The notes under the pieces were generated by a model that made no database searches, had not been told where the DNA came from, and saw only the letters and a list, made by a program, of their open reading frames with translations. A stretch of DNA of 64,000 nt, from the NCBI GenBank assembly GCA_016926955.1, contig JAFGNN010000046.1, forward strand, positions 5,743 to 69,742, written 5' to 3'. The position numbers were made by a program, and so were the translations under genes. The stretch comes from Spirochaetales bacterium. GTDB lineage: Bacteria > Spirochaetota > Spirochaetia > Treponematales > UBA12059. Shown here in pieces: positions 11,149 to 20,413 of this stretch (position 1 is the stretch's first letter; each line of letters starts with the position of its first letter).

Positions 11149-13295
11149 TAGACGGCTTCAAGGAAACGTTCCGTGAGGAAGCCGAGGAACTCCTCACCGG
11201 GCTCGAAGGCATACTTCTCGAGCTCGAGACCAAACCCGGCGACCAGGAGTTGCTCAACGCCGCATTCCGCGCGGTGCATACGGTCAAGGGCTCGGCTGGA
11301 ATGTTCGGCTTCGAAGCGATAGGACGCTTCGCCCACGACCTCGAGAACATCATGGACCGCATCCGGTCCGGTTCCTTGCCGATGACGAAGGGCTTCGCCG
11401 ACCTGGCCCTGGCCTCGCGCGATCACATTCGTACCATGCTCGCGGCGGACGACGCGCCAGAACCGGACGTCGACGCGCGCACCGCTGAACTGGTGGAGGC
11501 CCTCCGCGCATACGCCGCGCAGGTTCCCGCGCCGCCCGAGGCCGAAGCGGACCCGGAAAAGGCGGAACGCCCGGAGGGAAAGGACGCGGGCAAGGGATCC
11601 TCCGCGGAAGAGACCGTCTGGCGCCTTTCCTTCAAGCCCGGAGAAGGCGTCTTCCGCTCGGGGACCAAGGTCCTCCGCCTGCTCGAGGAGTTGTCGACCC
11701 TCGGGGACTGCGCCTGTTTTCCCCATACCGAAAACATCCCCGAACTCGAGAAGCTCGATCCGGAAACATGCAGGACCTCGTGGGACGCGATCATCGCGAG
11801 CGGCTCCGGCCCTGAAGCCATCAAGGACGTATTCATCTTCGTGGAGTCCGAATCCGAGCTCTCGCTCGACAAGATCGAGGAAGCCGCGATCCTTCAGGAA
11901 CGCGAGGAACCGAAAAAGCTGGGCGAGATCCTCATCGAGCGTGGCATCATCACCAAGGCGGCCATCGACGAGGCGCTGAGCTCGCAACGCCGCCTCGGCG
12001 AGGTGCTGGTCGAGAAGAAACTCGTCTCGAAGGAGCAGGTGGAATCGGCCCTGGTCGAGCAGGAGCACCTCAAGCGCGTCCAGGAACGGCAGGTGGACAC
12101 GGGCGCCGCGAGCATCCGCGTCGCCAGCGATAAGCTCGACCAGCTCGTGGACCTGGTCGGCGAGCTGGTTACCCTCCAGGCCCGGCTCTCGCAGACGGCT
12201 CTCGGCATACAGGACTCAGGGCTGACCGGAATTTCCGAGATGTTCGACCGCCTGATAGCCCAGCTGCGCGACAACACGATGAGCATCCGCATGCTGCCCA
12301 TCGGTTCTACATTCAACAAGTTCAGGCGGGTGGTCCGCGACCTTTCGCTCGAGCTCGGCAAGGACGCCGAACTCGCCACGGAGGGCGCCGACACCGAGCT
12401 GGACAAGACGGTCATCGAGAAGCTCGGCGATCCGCTCGTCCATATCATACGCAACTCCCTCGACCACGGCATCGAACGTCCTGCGGACCGTATTTCCGCC
12501 GGAAAGCCCCGATCGGGGACCATCAGGCTTTCCGCCATGCATTCCGGAGCCTACGTCCTGATACAGGTGGCCGATGACGGCGGCGGACTCGATCGCGCGG
12601 CGATAAAGTCGAAAGCGCTCGAGCGCGGTATCATCAGCCCGGGCGCCGACCTGGTAGACCAGGAGATCGACCAGCTCATCTTCGCCCCGGGCTTCTCGAC
12701 GGCCAGGACGGTGACCAAGGTCTCGGGGCGCGGAGTCGGCATGGACGTGGTCAAGAGGGAGATCGACTCGCTCGGAGGCACGGTGCTGCTCCGGAGCGAG
12801 CGGGGCGCCGGTACGACCATCACCCTCAAGATCCCGCTTACCCTCGCGATAATCGAAGGCTTGCTCGTCAAGGTGGCGGACGAATTCTACGTCATTCCCC
12901 TCTCGAGCGTGGACGGCTGCATCGAGATCAAGTCCGACGAGGTGGTGGAACGCGACGGGAAGCGCATCATCACCTATCGCGGCGAACTCCTGCCCTTCGT
13001 GCCGCTCAGGACTTGGTTCGATTCCCCGGGCGAGGCGCCGGAGATCTCCCAGATCGTCATCGTCAACGCGCTCGAGTCGCGGATCGGCTTCGTGGTGGAC
13101 CAGGTGATCGGCGATTACCAGACGGTCGTCAAGCCGCTCGGCCGCCTGTATCGCAACGTACGTGGCCTTTCGGGGGCGACCATACTCGGCGACGGCACGG
13201 TCGCGCTGATCCTCGACGTGAATCGGCTGTCGCAGGCCGTGAAGCGCGACACGTCCGGCAGGACGGGACGCGACGAGGCGCTCCACGATGCCTGA
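11145..13295 (+). CDS. cheA: Chemotaxis histidine kinase CheA
   Basis: HPt HTVKGSAGMFGF, dimerisation region IRVASDKLDQLVDLVGELV, HATPase (DHGIE, GRGVGMDVV, GAGTTITLKIPLTLAI), and a C-terminal CheW-like domain. Confidence 0.95.
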   Translation: MIDGFKETFREEAEELLTGLEGILLELETKPGDQELLNAAFRAVHTVKGSAGMFGFEAIGRFAHDLENIMDRIRSGSLPMTKGFADLALASRDHIRTMLAADDAPEPDVDARTAELVEALRAYAAQVPAPPEAEADPEKAERPEGKDAGKGSSAEETVWRLSFKPGEGVFRSGTKVLRLLEELSTLGDCACFPHTENIPELEKLDPETCRTSWDAIIASGSGPEAIKDVFIFVESESELSLDKIEEAAILQEREEPKKLGEILIERGIITKAAIDEALSSQRRLGEVLVEKKLVSKEQVESALVEQEHLKRVQERQVDTGAASIRVASDKLDQLVDLVGELVTLQARLSQTALGIQDSGLTGISEMFDRLIAQLRDNTMSIRMLPIGSTFNKFRRVVRDLSLELGKDAELATEGADTELDKTVIEKLGDPLVHIIRNSLDHGIERPADRISAGKPRSGTIRLSAMHSGAYVLIQVADDGGGLDRAAIKSKALERGIISPGADLVDQEIDQLIFAPGFSTARTVTKVSGRGVGMDVVKREIDSLGGTVLLRSERGAGTTITLKIPLTLAIIEGLLVKVADEFYVIPLSSVDGCIEIKSDEVVERDGKRIITYRGELLPFVPLRTWFDSPGEAPEISQIVIVNALESRIGFVVDQVIGDYQTVVKPLGRLYRNVRGLSGATILGDGTVALILDVNRLSQAVKRDTSGRTGRDEALHDA

Positions 13296-14139
13296 GCGGA
13301 GCGAATCCCTCGGTTTCGGCTCTCTGGGCGACCGGGACTTCAAGCGCCTCTCGGACTACATCGAGCGGGAGCTTGGCATCCGGATGCCCGACACAAAGCG
13401 TGTCATGCTCGAGAGCCGCCTGCAGAAGCGCGTGCGCCTGCTCGGCCTCGACGGGTTTCCCGCCTATGTGGATTACGTTTTCTCGGACGAGGGCAGCCGG
13501 CACGAACTCATCAACATGATCGACGCGGTCACGACCAACAAGACCGATTTCTTCAGGGAGGCCGACCACTTCGATTTCGTCGAGCGCACCCTTGTTCCCG
13601 AAGCGCTCGCGGTCGGAGGAAATCGCGCCCTGCGCTTCTGGAGCGCGGGATGCTCGACCGGCGAGGAGCCCTATACGCTCGCCATGGTGCTCGAGGAATG
13701 CCGAGAAGACCGCAGGGAACTGGAATACGCGATATTGGCGAGCGACATATCCACCGCGGTGCTCCAGAAGGCGATCACGGCGGTCTACGACGAGGAGCGC
13801 GTGGCCGACATCCCTGTCAGCTTCCGCAAGAAGTACCTGCTGAGGAGCAAGGACCGCAACGCGTCGCGGGTGCGGATTCGACCCGAGCTCAGGGCCCGCG
13901 TGGAATTCATCCGCGTGAACCTGATGGACGACCGTTACCCGGTCGAAGGGCTCTTCGACGCCGTATTCTGCCGCAACGTCATCATCTACTTCGAACGCCC
14001 GACGCAGGAACGCATCCTTCGCCGGCTCGTCGACCATGTCCGGCCCGGCGGTTACCTGGTGCTCGGCCATTCCGAAACGCTCACCGGCATGGACATGCCG
14101 CTCAAGTCGGTCGCTCCGACGATATACCGAAGAACCTAG
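13288..14139 (+). CDS. cheR: Chemotaxis protein methyltransferase CheR
   Basis: [37 protein letters not shown]. Overlaps the cheA end by 8 nt. Confidence 0.93.
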   Translation: MPERSESLGFGSLGDRDFKRLSDYIERELGIRMPDTKRVMLESRLQKRVRLLGLDGFPAYVDYVFSDEGSRHELINMIDAVTTNKTDFFREADHFDFVERTLVPEALAVGGNRALRFWSAGCSTGEEPYTLAMVLEECREDRRELEYAILASDISTAVLQKAITAVYDEERVADIPVSFRKKYLLRSKDRNASRVRIRPELRARVEFIRVNLMDDRYPVEGLFDAVFCRNVIIYFERPTQERILRRLVDHVRPGGYLVLGHSETLTGMDMPLKSVAPTIYRRT

Positions 14140-14162
14140 CCCCGGGGCCGAAGGAGAGGAAG

Positions 14163-15245
14163 GTGGCCGAGCGGATCCGCGTCATGGTTGTGGACGACAG
14201 CGCTGTCGTCCGGCAGACACTCAAGGAGCTCCTCAACATGGATCCCGGCATCGAGGTGGTCTCGGTGGCGCCGGACCCACTGTTCGCCCTCGCGAAAATC
14301 GATGCGGACCGACCGGACGTGATCATCAGCGATGTCGAGATGCCGCGCATGGACGGTCTCACGTTCCTGAGGCAGGTGATGGACAAGTGGCGAATACCGG
14401 TGGTCATCTGCTCGTCCAAGACCGAAGCGGGAAGCGACAACGCCATCAGGGCCATGGAGTACGGCGCGGTCGAGATCATCCAGAAGCCCAAGCTCGGCAC
14501 CAAGCAGTTCCTGGAGGAATCGAAGGTCGAATTCGGCGACGTGGTCAGGGCGGCCGCGATGGCCAAGGGACGGGTCTTAGCGAAGCCGTTGCCAGCGCCC
14601 CCGCCCGCGCCAAGCCCGAAGCTTACCGCCGACGTGATGTTGCCGAAGCCGGGAAATGGCGAGGGCATCATCGAGACCACCGAGCGCGTGGTGGTTGTCG
14701 GCGCTTCAACAGGCGGAACCGAAGCGCTCAAGGACTTCCTCGAGGTTTTCCCGGAGGACGGTCCCGGCATCGTCATAGTCCAGCACATGCCTGAGCATTT
14801 CACGGCGGCCTTCGCCAAGCGGCTCGACGGGATCTGCCGGATGGGGGTGAAGGAGGCTTCTGACGGCGATTCCGTCATCCGCGGCCGCGCCTTGATCGCT
14901 CCGGGCAACCGGCACACGTTGCTCAAACGTTCCGGCGCGCGTTACTATGTCGAGGTCAAGGAAGGCCCCTTGGTATGCCGGCACCGGCCGAGCGTGGACG
15001 TCCTGTTCCGCTCCGCCGCCCGCTACGCGGGCAAGAACGCGGTCGGGGTAATCATGACGGGCATGGGTGACGACGGGGCTCGAGGCATGAAGGAGCTCCA
15101 TGACGCCGGCGCTTGGTGCATAGCGCAGGACGAGCGCAGCTGCGTGGTTTTCGGCATGCCGAACGAGGCCATAAAGCTCGGAGGAGTCGACGCGGTCCTG
15201 CCTCTGGACGGGATAGCGGGAGAGGTTCAGAAGCGTGTTCGCTAG
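14163..15245 (+). CDS. cheB: Chemotaxis response regulator protein-glutamate methylesterase CheB
   Basis: REC domain [14 protein letters not shown]...DVEMPRMDG and esterase domain [25 protein letters not shown] 14163 is preceded by GAAGGAGAGGAAGG. Confidence 0.92.
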   Translation: MAERIRVMVVDDSAVVRQTLKELLNMDPGIEVVSVAPDPLFALAKIDADRPDVIISDVEMPRMDGLTFLRQVMDKWRIPVVICSSKTEAGSDNAIRAMEYGAVEIIQKPKLGTKQFLEESKVEFGDVVRAAAMAKGRVLAKPLPAPPPAPSPKLTADVMLPKPGNGEGIIETTERVVVVGASTGGTEALKDFLEVFPEDGPGIVIVQHMPEHFTAAFAKRLDGICRMGVKEASDGDSVIRGRALIAPGNRHTLLKRSGARYYVEVKEGPLVCRHRPSVDVLFRSAARYAGKNAVGVIMTGMGDDGARGMKELHDAGAWCIAQDERSCVVFGMPNEAIKLGGVDAVLPLDGIAGEVQKRVR

Positions 15246-15407
15246 CGGGCGGGAATCGGCGGCCGTCCTTGGGGGATGCGCGCCGCGCGCGCGAGCGTGG
15301 CCTTCGCCGGTCGATCGCCGGCGGGTCGGATTGGATGTAACGGAGGCGTCCGGAGCTTTTTCCGAGCGACGGACGCCCGATGCGCATCGGTTAAGGAGGA
15401 ACGACGC

Positions 15408-15776
15408 ATGGCCAGGAAAATTCTGATCATTGACGATTCGGCGGCCATCCGCCAGAGCATCACCTACATACTCAACCAGGAAGGTTACGAAACGACGGAA
15501 GCAAAGGACGGCCAGGAAGCGCTCGACATGTTGCCGACGCTCGAGGGCATCGAGCTCATCATCACCGACGTCAACATGCCCAATCTGGACGGCATCTCCT
15601 TCATCAGGAAGGCGCGCGAGCTTCCGAAATACCGCTTCACCCCCATACTCGTCCTGACCACAGAAAGCCAGGGCACGAAGATGAACGAAGGCAAGGAAGC
15701 GGGCGCCACCGGTTGGATAGTCAAGCCGTTCAGCGCCGACAAGCTGCTCGGGATCGTCCGGAAAGTGGCGGAGTGA
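15408..15776 (+). CDS. cheY: Chemotaxis response regulator CheY
   Basis: Single REC domain KILIIDDSAAIR...ITDVNMPNLDG...GATGWIVKPF. AAGGAGGA at 15393-15400. Confidence 0.9.
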   Translation: MARKILIIDDSAAIRQSITYILNQEGYETTEAKDGQEALDMLPTLEGIELIITDVNMPNLDGISFIRKARELPKYRFTPILVLTTESQGTKMNEGKEAGATGWIVKPFSADKLLGIVRKVAE

Positions 15777-15787
15777 GCGGAGGAACG

Positions 15788-16270
15788 ATGGGCGAGAACG
15801 CCGTACGGGCAGGGCAGTACCTTTCCTTCAAGCTCGGAGAGGGCCACTACGCGATTCCCGTGGCCAGGGTCGAGGTAGTGCTGGAAAAGCAGCCGATCAC
15901 CCGCGTGCCGCGGGCTCGGCCCTGGTTGCGTGGCGTGACCAACCATCGCGGCGCGGTGATTCCCGTGGTGGACCTGCGCCTGCGGTTCGGCATGGGCGAA
16001 ACCCCCATCGTGGAAGGCATGTCGATTATCGTGCTTCAGCTCGATTTCGACGGCGACGCGGTGACGGTCGGCATGCTCGCCGACGGGGTGCGTGAAGTGA
16101 TCGACCTCGAGAAAACCGAACTCGAATCGGCTCCAGATGTCGGGGGCAAGCTCGACCGGAAAGCCATCGCCGCCATCGGCAAGAAAGGCGATGATTTCAT
16201 CGTCATCCTCGACGTCGATGAGGCTTTCGCCTCCGAAGGCGCCTCCTTCGCCGCGGACGAGGGTGAATGA
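15788..16270 (+). CDS. cheW: Chemotaxis coupling protein CheW
   Basis: QYLSFKLGEGHYAIPVARVEVV...VTNHRGAVIPVVDLRLRFG is a CheW fold signature. Confidence 0.9.
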   Translation: MGENAVRAGQYLSFKLGEGHYAIPVARVEVVLEKQPITRVPRARPWLRGVTNHRGAVIPVVDLRLRFGMGETPIVEGMSIIVLQLDFDGDAVTVGMLADGVREVIDLEKTELESAPDVGGKLDRKAIAAIGKKGDDFIVILDVDEAFASEGASFAADEGE

Positions 16271-18084
16271 ACGCAAAAAGCGCCGTGCGCGTCCTCGTGG
16301 TAGAGGACGAGAGCGTCGTCGCGCTCGACGCGCGGCTCAGGCTCGAGAGCCTCGGGTACGAGGTCGTCGGCATCGCCGACAACGCGGCGGACGCGCTCGC
16401 CCTCGCAGCGCGCGAGAACCCGAACCTCGTGCTGATGGACATACGCATCAATGGCGAAACGGACGGGGTGGAAGCGGCGGAAAGGCTTCGCGACATCAGC
16501 GACGTCCCGGTGGTTTTCGCGACTGCTTACGCTGACGACGAAACGCTTTCGCGCGCGAAGTCATCGAGCCCATACGGCTACATCGTAAAGCCCTTCCAGG
16601 AGCGGGAACTCCGGATCGTCATCGAGTTGGCCCTGGCCAAGCACGACTACGAGAAGGGCGTACGCGAGGCGCGCGACCTGGCGGAGGCCGCTTCGCGCGC
16701 GAAGAGCGGTTTCCTGGCCACCATGAGCCACGAGCTCGTGACACCTCTCAATTCGATCATCGGTTTCATCGAGCTCGCCCGTGACGGGGCTGACGAGGAA
16801 GGACGCGCCAATCTCGCGATAGCCATGGAAAGCGCCCGCTCGCTCAAGTCGCTCATCGAATCGGTCCTTGAGTACACGCGTCTGGAATCGGGCGATGCAC
16901 GCGTTCTGGCCGCGGATTTCAACCTGGCGGAGGCTTTCGAGTCCTTGCTGGACGGTTTCGCTTCCCGCGCTCGAGCCAAGGGCCTCGAGCTTTCGCACGC
17001 GGAGGATCCCGGATTGCCCGCCCTTGTACGCCTGGACGAACGCAAGCTCCTCCACGCGTCTTCGTGCCTGCTCGACAACGCGCTCAAGTTCACCGACCGT
17101 GGTTTCGTCCGTCTGGAGCTGGGCCGATCCTCGACGCAGGACGGGAAGTCCGCGCTGCTCGTCGAGGTATCCGATTCGGGTCCGGGAATTCCCGAAGAAC
17201 GCCGCGATGAGGCTTTCGGCAGCTTTGTGCAGCTCGATCCGTCGTACCGGAGGAAGGCTGGCGGGGCCGGCTTGGGCCTCGCGATAACGCGCGGGCTCGC
17301 CGCGCTCATGGGCGGAGCCGTCAGTCTCCACGATCGGCCCGGAGGCGGCACGACCGCGCGCCTGGTGGTGCCATGTCGGGAAACGGAGACCGAAGGCGAG
17401 CCGGGAGACGAGCTCTCGGGCCGCCCGGTCGCCCTGGTGGGCATCAGCGAACCGAGCGCCTCCGATATCGCCGGCGCCGTAGAATCGCTCGGCGGCAAGG
17501 TGATAACCCTGGCGCATGCGGGAGAAATCCGCGGATTCCTCGACGGGAACCCGGATGCGCTCGCGATCCTCGACGAAGCGGCTTGGGGGGGAGCGGAAAT
17601 CCCTTCGGGTTTCGAGGGCCGCGTCCTTACGCTGAGGCGGAAAGGCGCCGCCAGGAAGGCGCGGGTCGACGGGCCGATCTTCGCGTGGTATCCCGTAGGG
17701 CTACGGAAACTGAAGGCTTTCGCCGCGGGGACGAGCCCCGATCGCGAAGCGGCAGACCGCCCCTTGCCGGCTCCGGCCCCGGAACCGGACGATGGGGTTG
17801 ATTTCGAGAACCTTCTCGAAAGCCTCGAAACGGATCTCCGCGCCGAGCCCGAGGAGTTCGACGATCTACAACGCCTCGCGGCGGCCTTCGAGCGGACCGT
17901 CGCGGAATCTGACTTCGAGTCGGCGGAACGTGCAGCGCAGCTGTACCGCGAGCGCGCCGAAGCGCGCGGCTCGAAAGCGGGGAGAAGCGCCGCGTTTTTC
18001 GCCCTTCGGGCCGCCCGGCGCTCGGACGGGCGCCAGCTCGCCGCATTCGCGCGGCGATTCTCCGGGACTCGATGGAGGGAGTGA
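16267..18084 (+). CDS. Hybrid response regulator / histidine kinase (REC-HisKA-HATPase plus ~230 aa C-terminal region)
   Basis: REC VRVLVVEDESVVA...LVLMDIRINGETDG, H-box FLATMSHELVTPLNSIIGF, G-boxes DSGPGIP and GGAGLGLAITRGL. The ATG overlaps the cheW stop (ATGA). Confidence 0.85.
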   Translation: MNAKSAVRVLVVEDESVVALDARLRLESLGYEVVGIADNAADALALAARENPNLVLMDIRINGETDGVEAAERLRDISDVPVVFATAYADDETLSRAKSSSPYGYIVKPFQERELRIVIELALAKHDYEKGVREARDLAEAASRAKSGFLATMSHELVTPLNSIIGFIELARDGADEEGRANLAIAMESARSLKSLIESVLEYTRLESGDARVLAADFNLAEAFESLLDGFASRARAKGLELSHAEDPGLPALVRLDERKLLHASSCLLDNALKFTDRGFVRLELGRSSTQDGKSALLVEVSDSGPGIPEERRDEAFGSFVQLDPSYRRKAGGAGLGLAITRGLAALMGGAVSLHDRPGGGTTARLVVPCRETETEGEPGDELSGRPVALVGISEPSASDIAGAVESLGGKVITLAHAGEIRGFLDGNPDALAILDEAAWGGAEIPSGFEGRVLTLRRKGAARKARVDGPIFAWYPVGLRKLKAFAAGTSPDREAADRPLPAPAPEPDDGVDFENLLESLETDLRAEPEEFDDLQRLAAAFERTVAESDFESAERAAQLYRERAEARGSKAGRSAAFFALRAARRSDGRQLAAFARRFSGTRWRE

Positions 18085-18087
18085 ACC

Positions 18088-18501
18088 ATGCGTATCCTGG
18101 TGGCCGAGGACGATTTCGCGTCGAGACGCATGATGCAGAAACTGCTCGAGCCTTGGGGCAGGGCCGACGTGGCGGTGGACGGCCAGGAGGCTGTCGACGC
18201 TTTCGAGCTGGCCTGGGCCGAGCACGCTCCCTACGAGCTCATTTTCATGGACATCATGATGCCGAAGGTTGACGGCCAGGAAGCGCTCAGGATCATCCGC
18301 GAGTCGGAATCGCGGCGCGGCGTGCCTCCGGCCCGCGAGGTCCGCGTCATCATGACGAGCGTGCTCGAGGATCCTCGCAATGTGATGGATGCCTTCGGCA
18401 AGGGCGGGGCCACCGCCTACCTGGTCAAACCCATCTCGCGCGAGAAGCTGGAAACGGAGCTCGAACGGATCGGTTTTCCGCCCGCGGCGAAGCGGAGCTA
18501 G
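18088..18501 (+). CDS. Single-domain response regulator (REC)
   Basis: MRILVAEDDFASRRMM...LIFMDIMMPKVDGQEAL...YLVKPI. GGAGGGA lies upstream. Confidence 0.85.
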   Translation: MRILVAEDDFASRRMMQKLLEPWGRADVAVDGQEAVDAFELAWAEHAPYELIFMDIMMPKVDGQEALRIIRESESRRGVPPAREVRVIMTSVLEDPRNVMDAFGKGGATAYLVKPISREKLETELERIGFPPAAKRS

Positions 18502-18508
18502 TCGGAGC

Positions 18509-20413
18509 ATGGCCAGGGTCGCGATCGTAGAGGACGAGTTCGTCGTAGCGCTCGACATCGCGCGCTTCCTCGAACGACGCGGCCACATCGTGGCTGGAAC
18601 CTTCGATTCCGGCGACGAGCTGCTCTCGGGCTTCGACGCCCTGGACCCCGATCTTGTCCTCATGGATGTGAAAATCCGCGGGACGCGGGACGGCGTCGAA
18701 ACGGCCGGCGTGGTCAGGGAACTTTATGGCGTACCGGTAGTCCTGCTTACCGCCTTCGCGGACGAGGAGACGGTCGAGCGGGCCAAGCGCAGCGAGCCGT
18801 TCGGCTACGTGATAAAGCCGTTCGAGGAACGAGCGCTCTGGACCGCGATGGAGATAGCGCTCTATCGAGGGGACATGGAGCGTCGCCTGAAGCGAAGCGA
18901 GCGGAAATTCCGCGCGCTTTTCGAAGGAAGTCCCGGATGCAATTTCCTTTTTGACCGGAGCGGCGCCGTCGTCGAGGCGAACGCGTCGTTCAGGGACGTT
19001 TTCGGGGAAGGGGAAGGGCTTTCATTCCGCGGAAGATTCGTCGATCCGGACGGCTTCGATTCGATTGTCGAAGCGCTGGATTCAGAAGGCGTCTGTCCCG
19101 GTTCGGAGTACATGCTGAAAGGGTCGGACGGCGCGGAGATCTGCCTCTTCGCGAGTTTTTCCGCCGAGTCGACACCTCGCGAACGACGCGGCGAAGCTTG
19201 GGTGCTTGCCCAGGGATTCGGAATCGACGCGACGGAACGGCGTCGCCTGGAAGCGCAGCTCAGGCAGGCGCAGAAGCTCGAGGCCGTCGGCAGCCTCGCG
19301 GGCGGCCTTGCCCATGATTTCAACAACGTGCTGACGGCGGTCATGGGCCACGCGGACCTGCTCGCGGACAGCGCGCGGGACCGTCCCGACCTGCTCGAGG
19401 ACATCGACGGAGTCCGCAGGGCAGCCCGAAGGGCAGCCACGCTTTCCCGCAGGCTTCTCGGGTTCGCCCGCCGGAGCGCCTACGAACCGAGAAAGCTGTC
19501 CCTCGACGCCCTGGTCGCGGAACTCGAACGCATGCTCAAGCGCCTCTTGCCGGCGGACCTCGCGTTGATCTGCGAATACGGGACGCCGGATCACCTGGTG
19601 GAAGCCGACCCCTCCCGCCTCGAACAAGTGGTGGTGAACCTCGTGGTGAACGCCAGGGACGCCATGGGGTCGGGCGGCACCATACGTCTGTCGACCGCTG
19701 TGGTGGAGCTTCCTGCCCGCCGGGCCGGACTGATCGGCGAAGCGGGTCCCGGCTCCTGCATCATCCTCAAGGTCGCCGACTCGGGAATCGGCATGGAAGC
19801 GGACGAGCTCCCCAGGATCTTCGAACCTTTCTACACGACGAAGGGGCCAGGCTCGGGTACGGGACTCGGATTGGCGATGGTCTCGAGCATCGTCCGCGAA
19901 GCCGGAGGCCTCGTTGACGTGGAGTCCGAGCCCGGACGGGGTTCCGTCTTCTCGATACTGCTGCCAGCGATCAAGGACAGGAAGTCGGGTTCCGTACGCC
20001 AGGGAGCGGATGATGGATCCTACGATCCGCCCTGCGGCTTGACGGCGCTCGTCGTAGAAGGGGACGTCGACGTCCGCGACATGCTCGCCCGCACCCTCGC
20101 GCGCCTTGGCTTCGAAGTGCGTACCGCCAACGGACCCGGCGAGGGACTCAAGGTCGCCGAGGAGCTCGGAGCGCGCATTGACCTCGTTGTGGCCGACCTG
20201 GTCATGCCGCTCATGGGCGGCCACGAGCTGGCCCAGCGCGTGCGCCAGCTTGCCCCGGATTCAGCCGCCCTGATACTCTCGGGGCGAGACGACCCGGCTC
20301 TGCCGCTCGAAGGGCGTTTCACCCTGCTCCGGAAGCCTTTTGACGAACGTGCGCTCAGGGGAAGCCTGGAGCGAATCCTGGCTCAGGACCTGCCCGAGAA
20401 GGCGAGCGAGTAG
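18509..20413 (+). CDS. Hybrid sensor histidine kinase (REC-PAS-HisKA-HATPase-REC)
   Basis: N-terminal REC VAIVEDEFVVA...LVLMDVKIRGTRDG, a PAS-like segment, H-box LAGGLAHDFNNVLTAVMGH, HATPase NLVVNARDAM, DSGIGM and GTGLGLAMV, and a C-terminal REC ALVVEGDVDVRD...VVADLVMPLMGG. Confidence 0.85.
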   Translation: MARVAIVEDEFVVALDIARFLERRGHIVAGTFDSGDELLSGFDALDPDLVLMDVKIRGTRDGVETAGVVRELYGVPVVLLTAFADEETVERAKRSEPFGYVIKPFEERALWTAMEIALYRGDMERRLKRSERKFRALFEGSPGCNFLFDRSGAVVEANASFRDVFGEGEGLSFRGRFVDPDGFDSIVEALDSEGVCPGSEYMLKGSDGAEICLFASFSAESTPRERRGEAWVLAQGFGIDATERRRLEAQLRQAQKLEAVGSLAGGLAHDFNNVLTAVMGHADLLADSARDRPDLLEDIDGVRRAARRAATLSRRLLGFARRSAYEPRKLSLDALVAELERMLKRLLPADLALICEYGTPDHLVEADPSRLEQVVVNLVVNARDAMGSGGTIRLSTAVVELPARRAGLIGEAGPGSCIILKVADSGIGMEADELPRIFEPFYTTKGPGSGTGLGLAMVSSIVREAGGLVDVESEPGRGSVFSILLPAIKDRKSGSVRQGADDGSYDPPCGLTALVVEGDVDVRDMLARTLARLGFEVRTANGPGEGLKVAEELGARIDLVVADLVMPLMGGHELAQRVRQLAPDSAALILSGRDDPALPLEGRFTLLRKPFDERALRGSLERILAQDLPEKASE

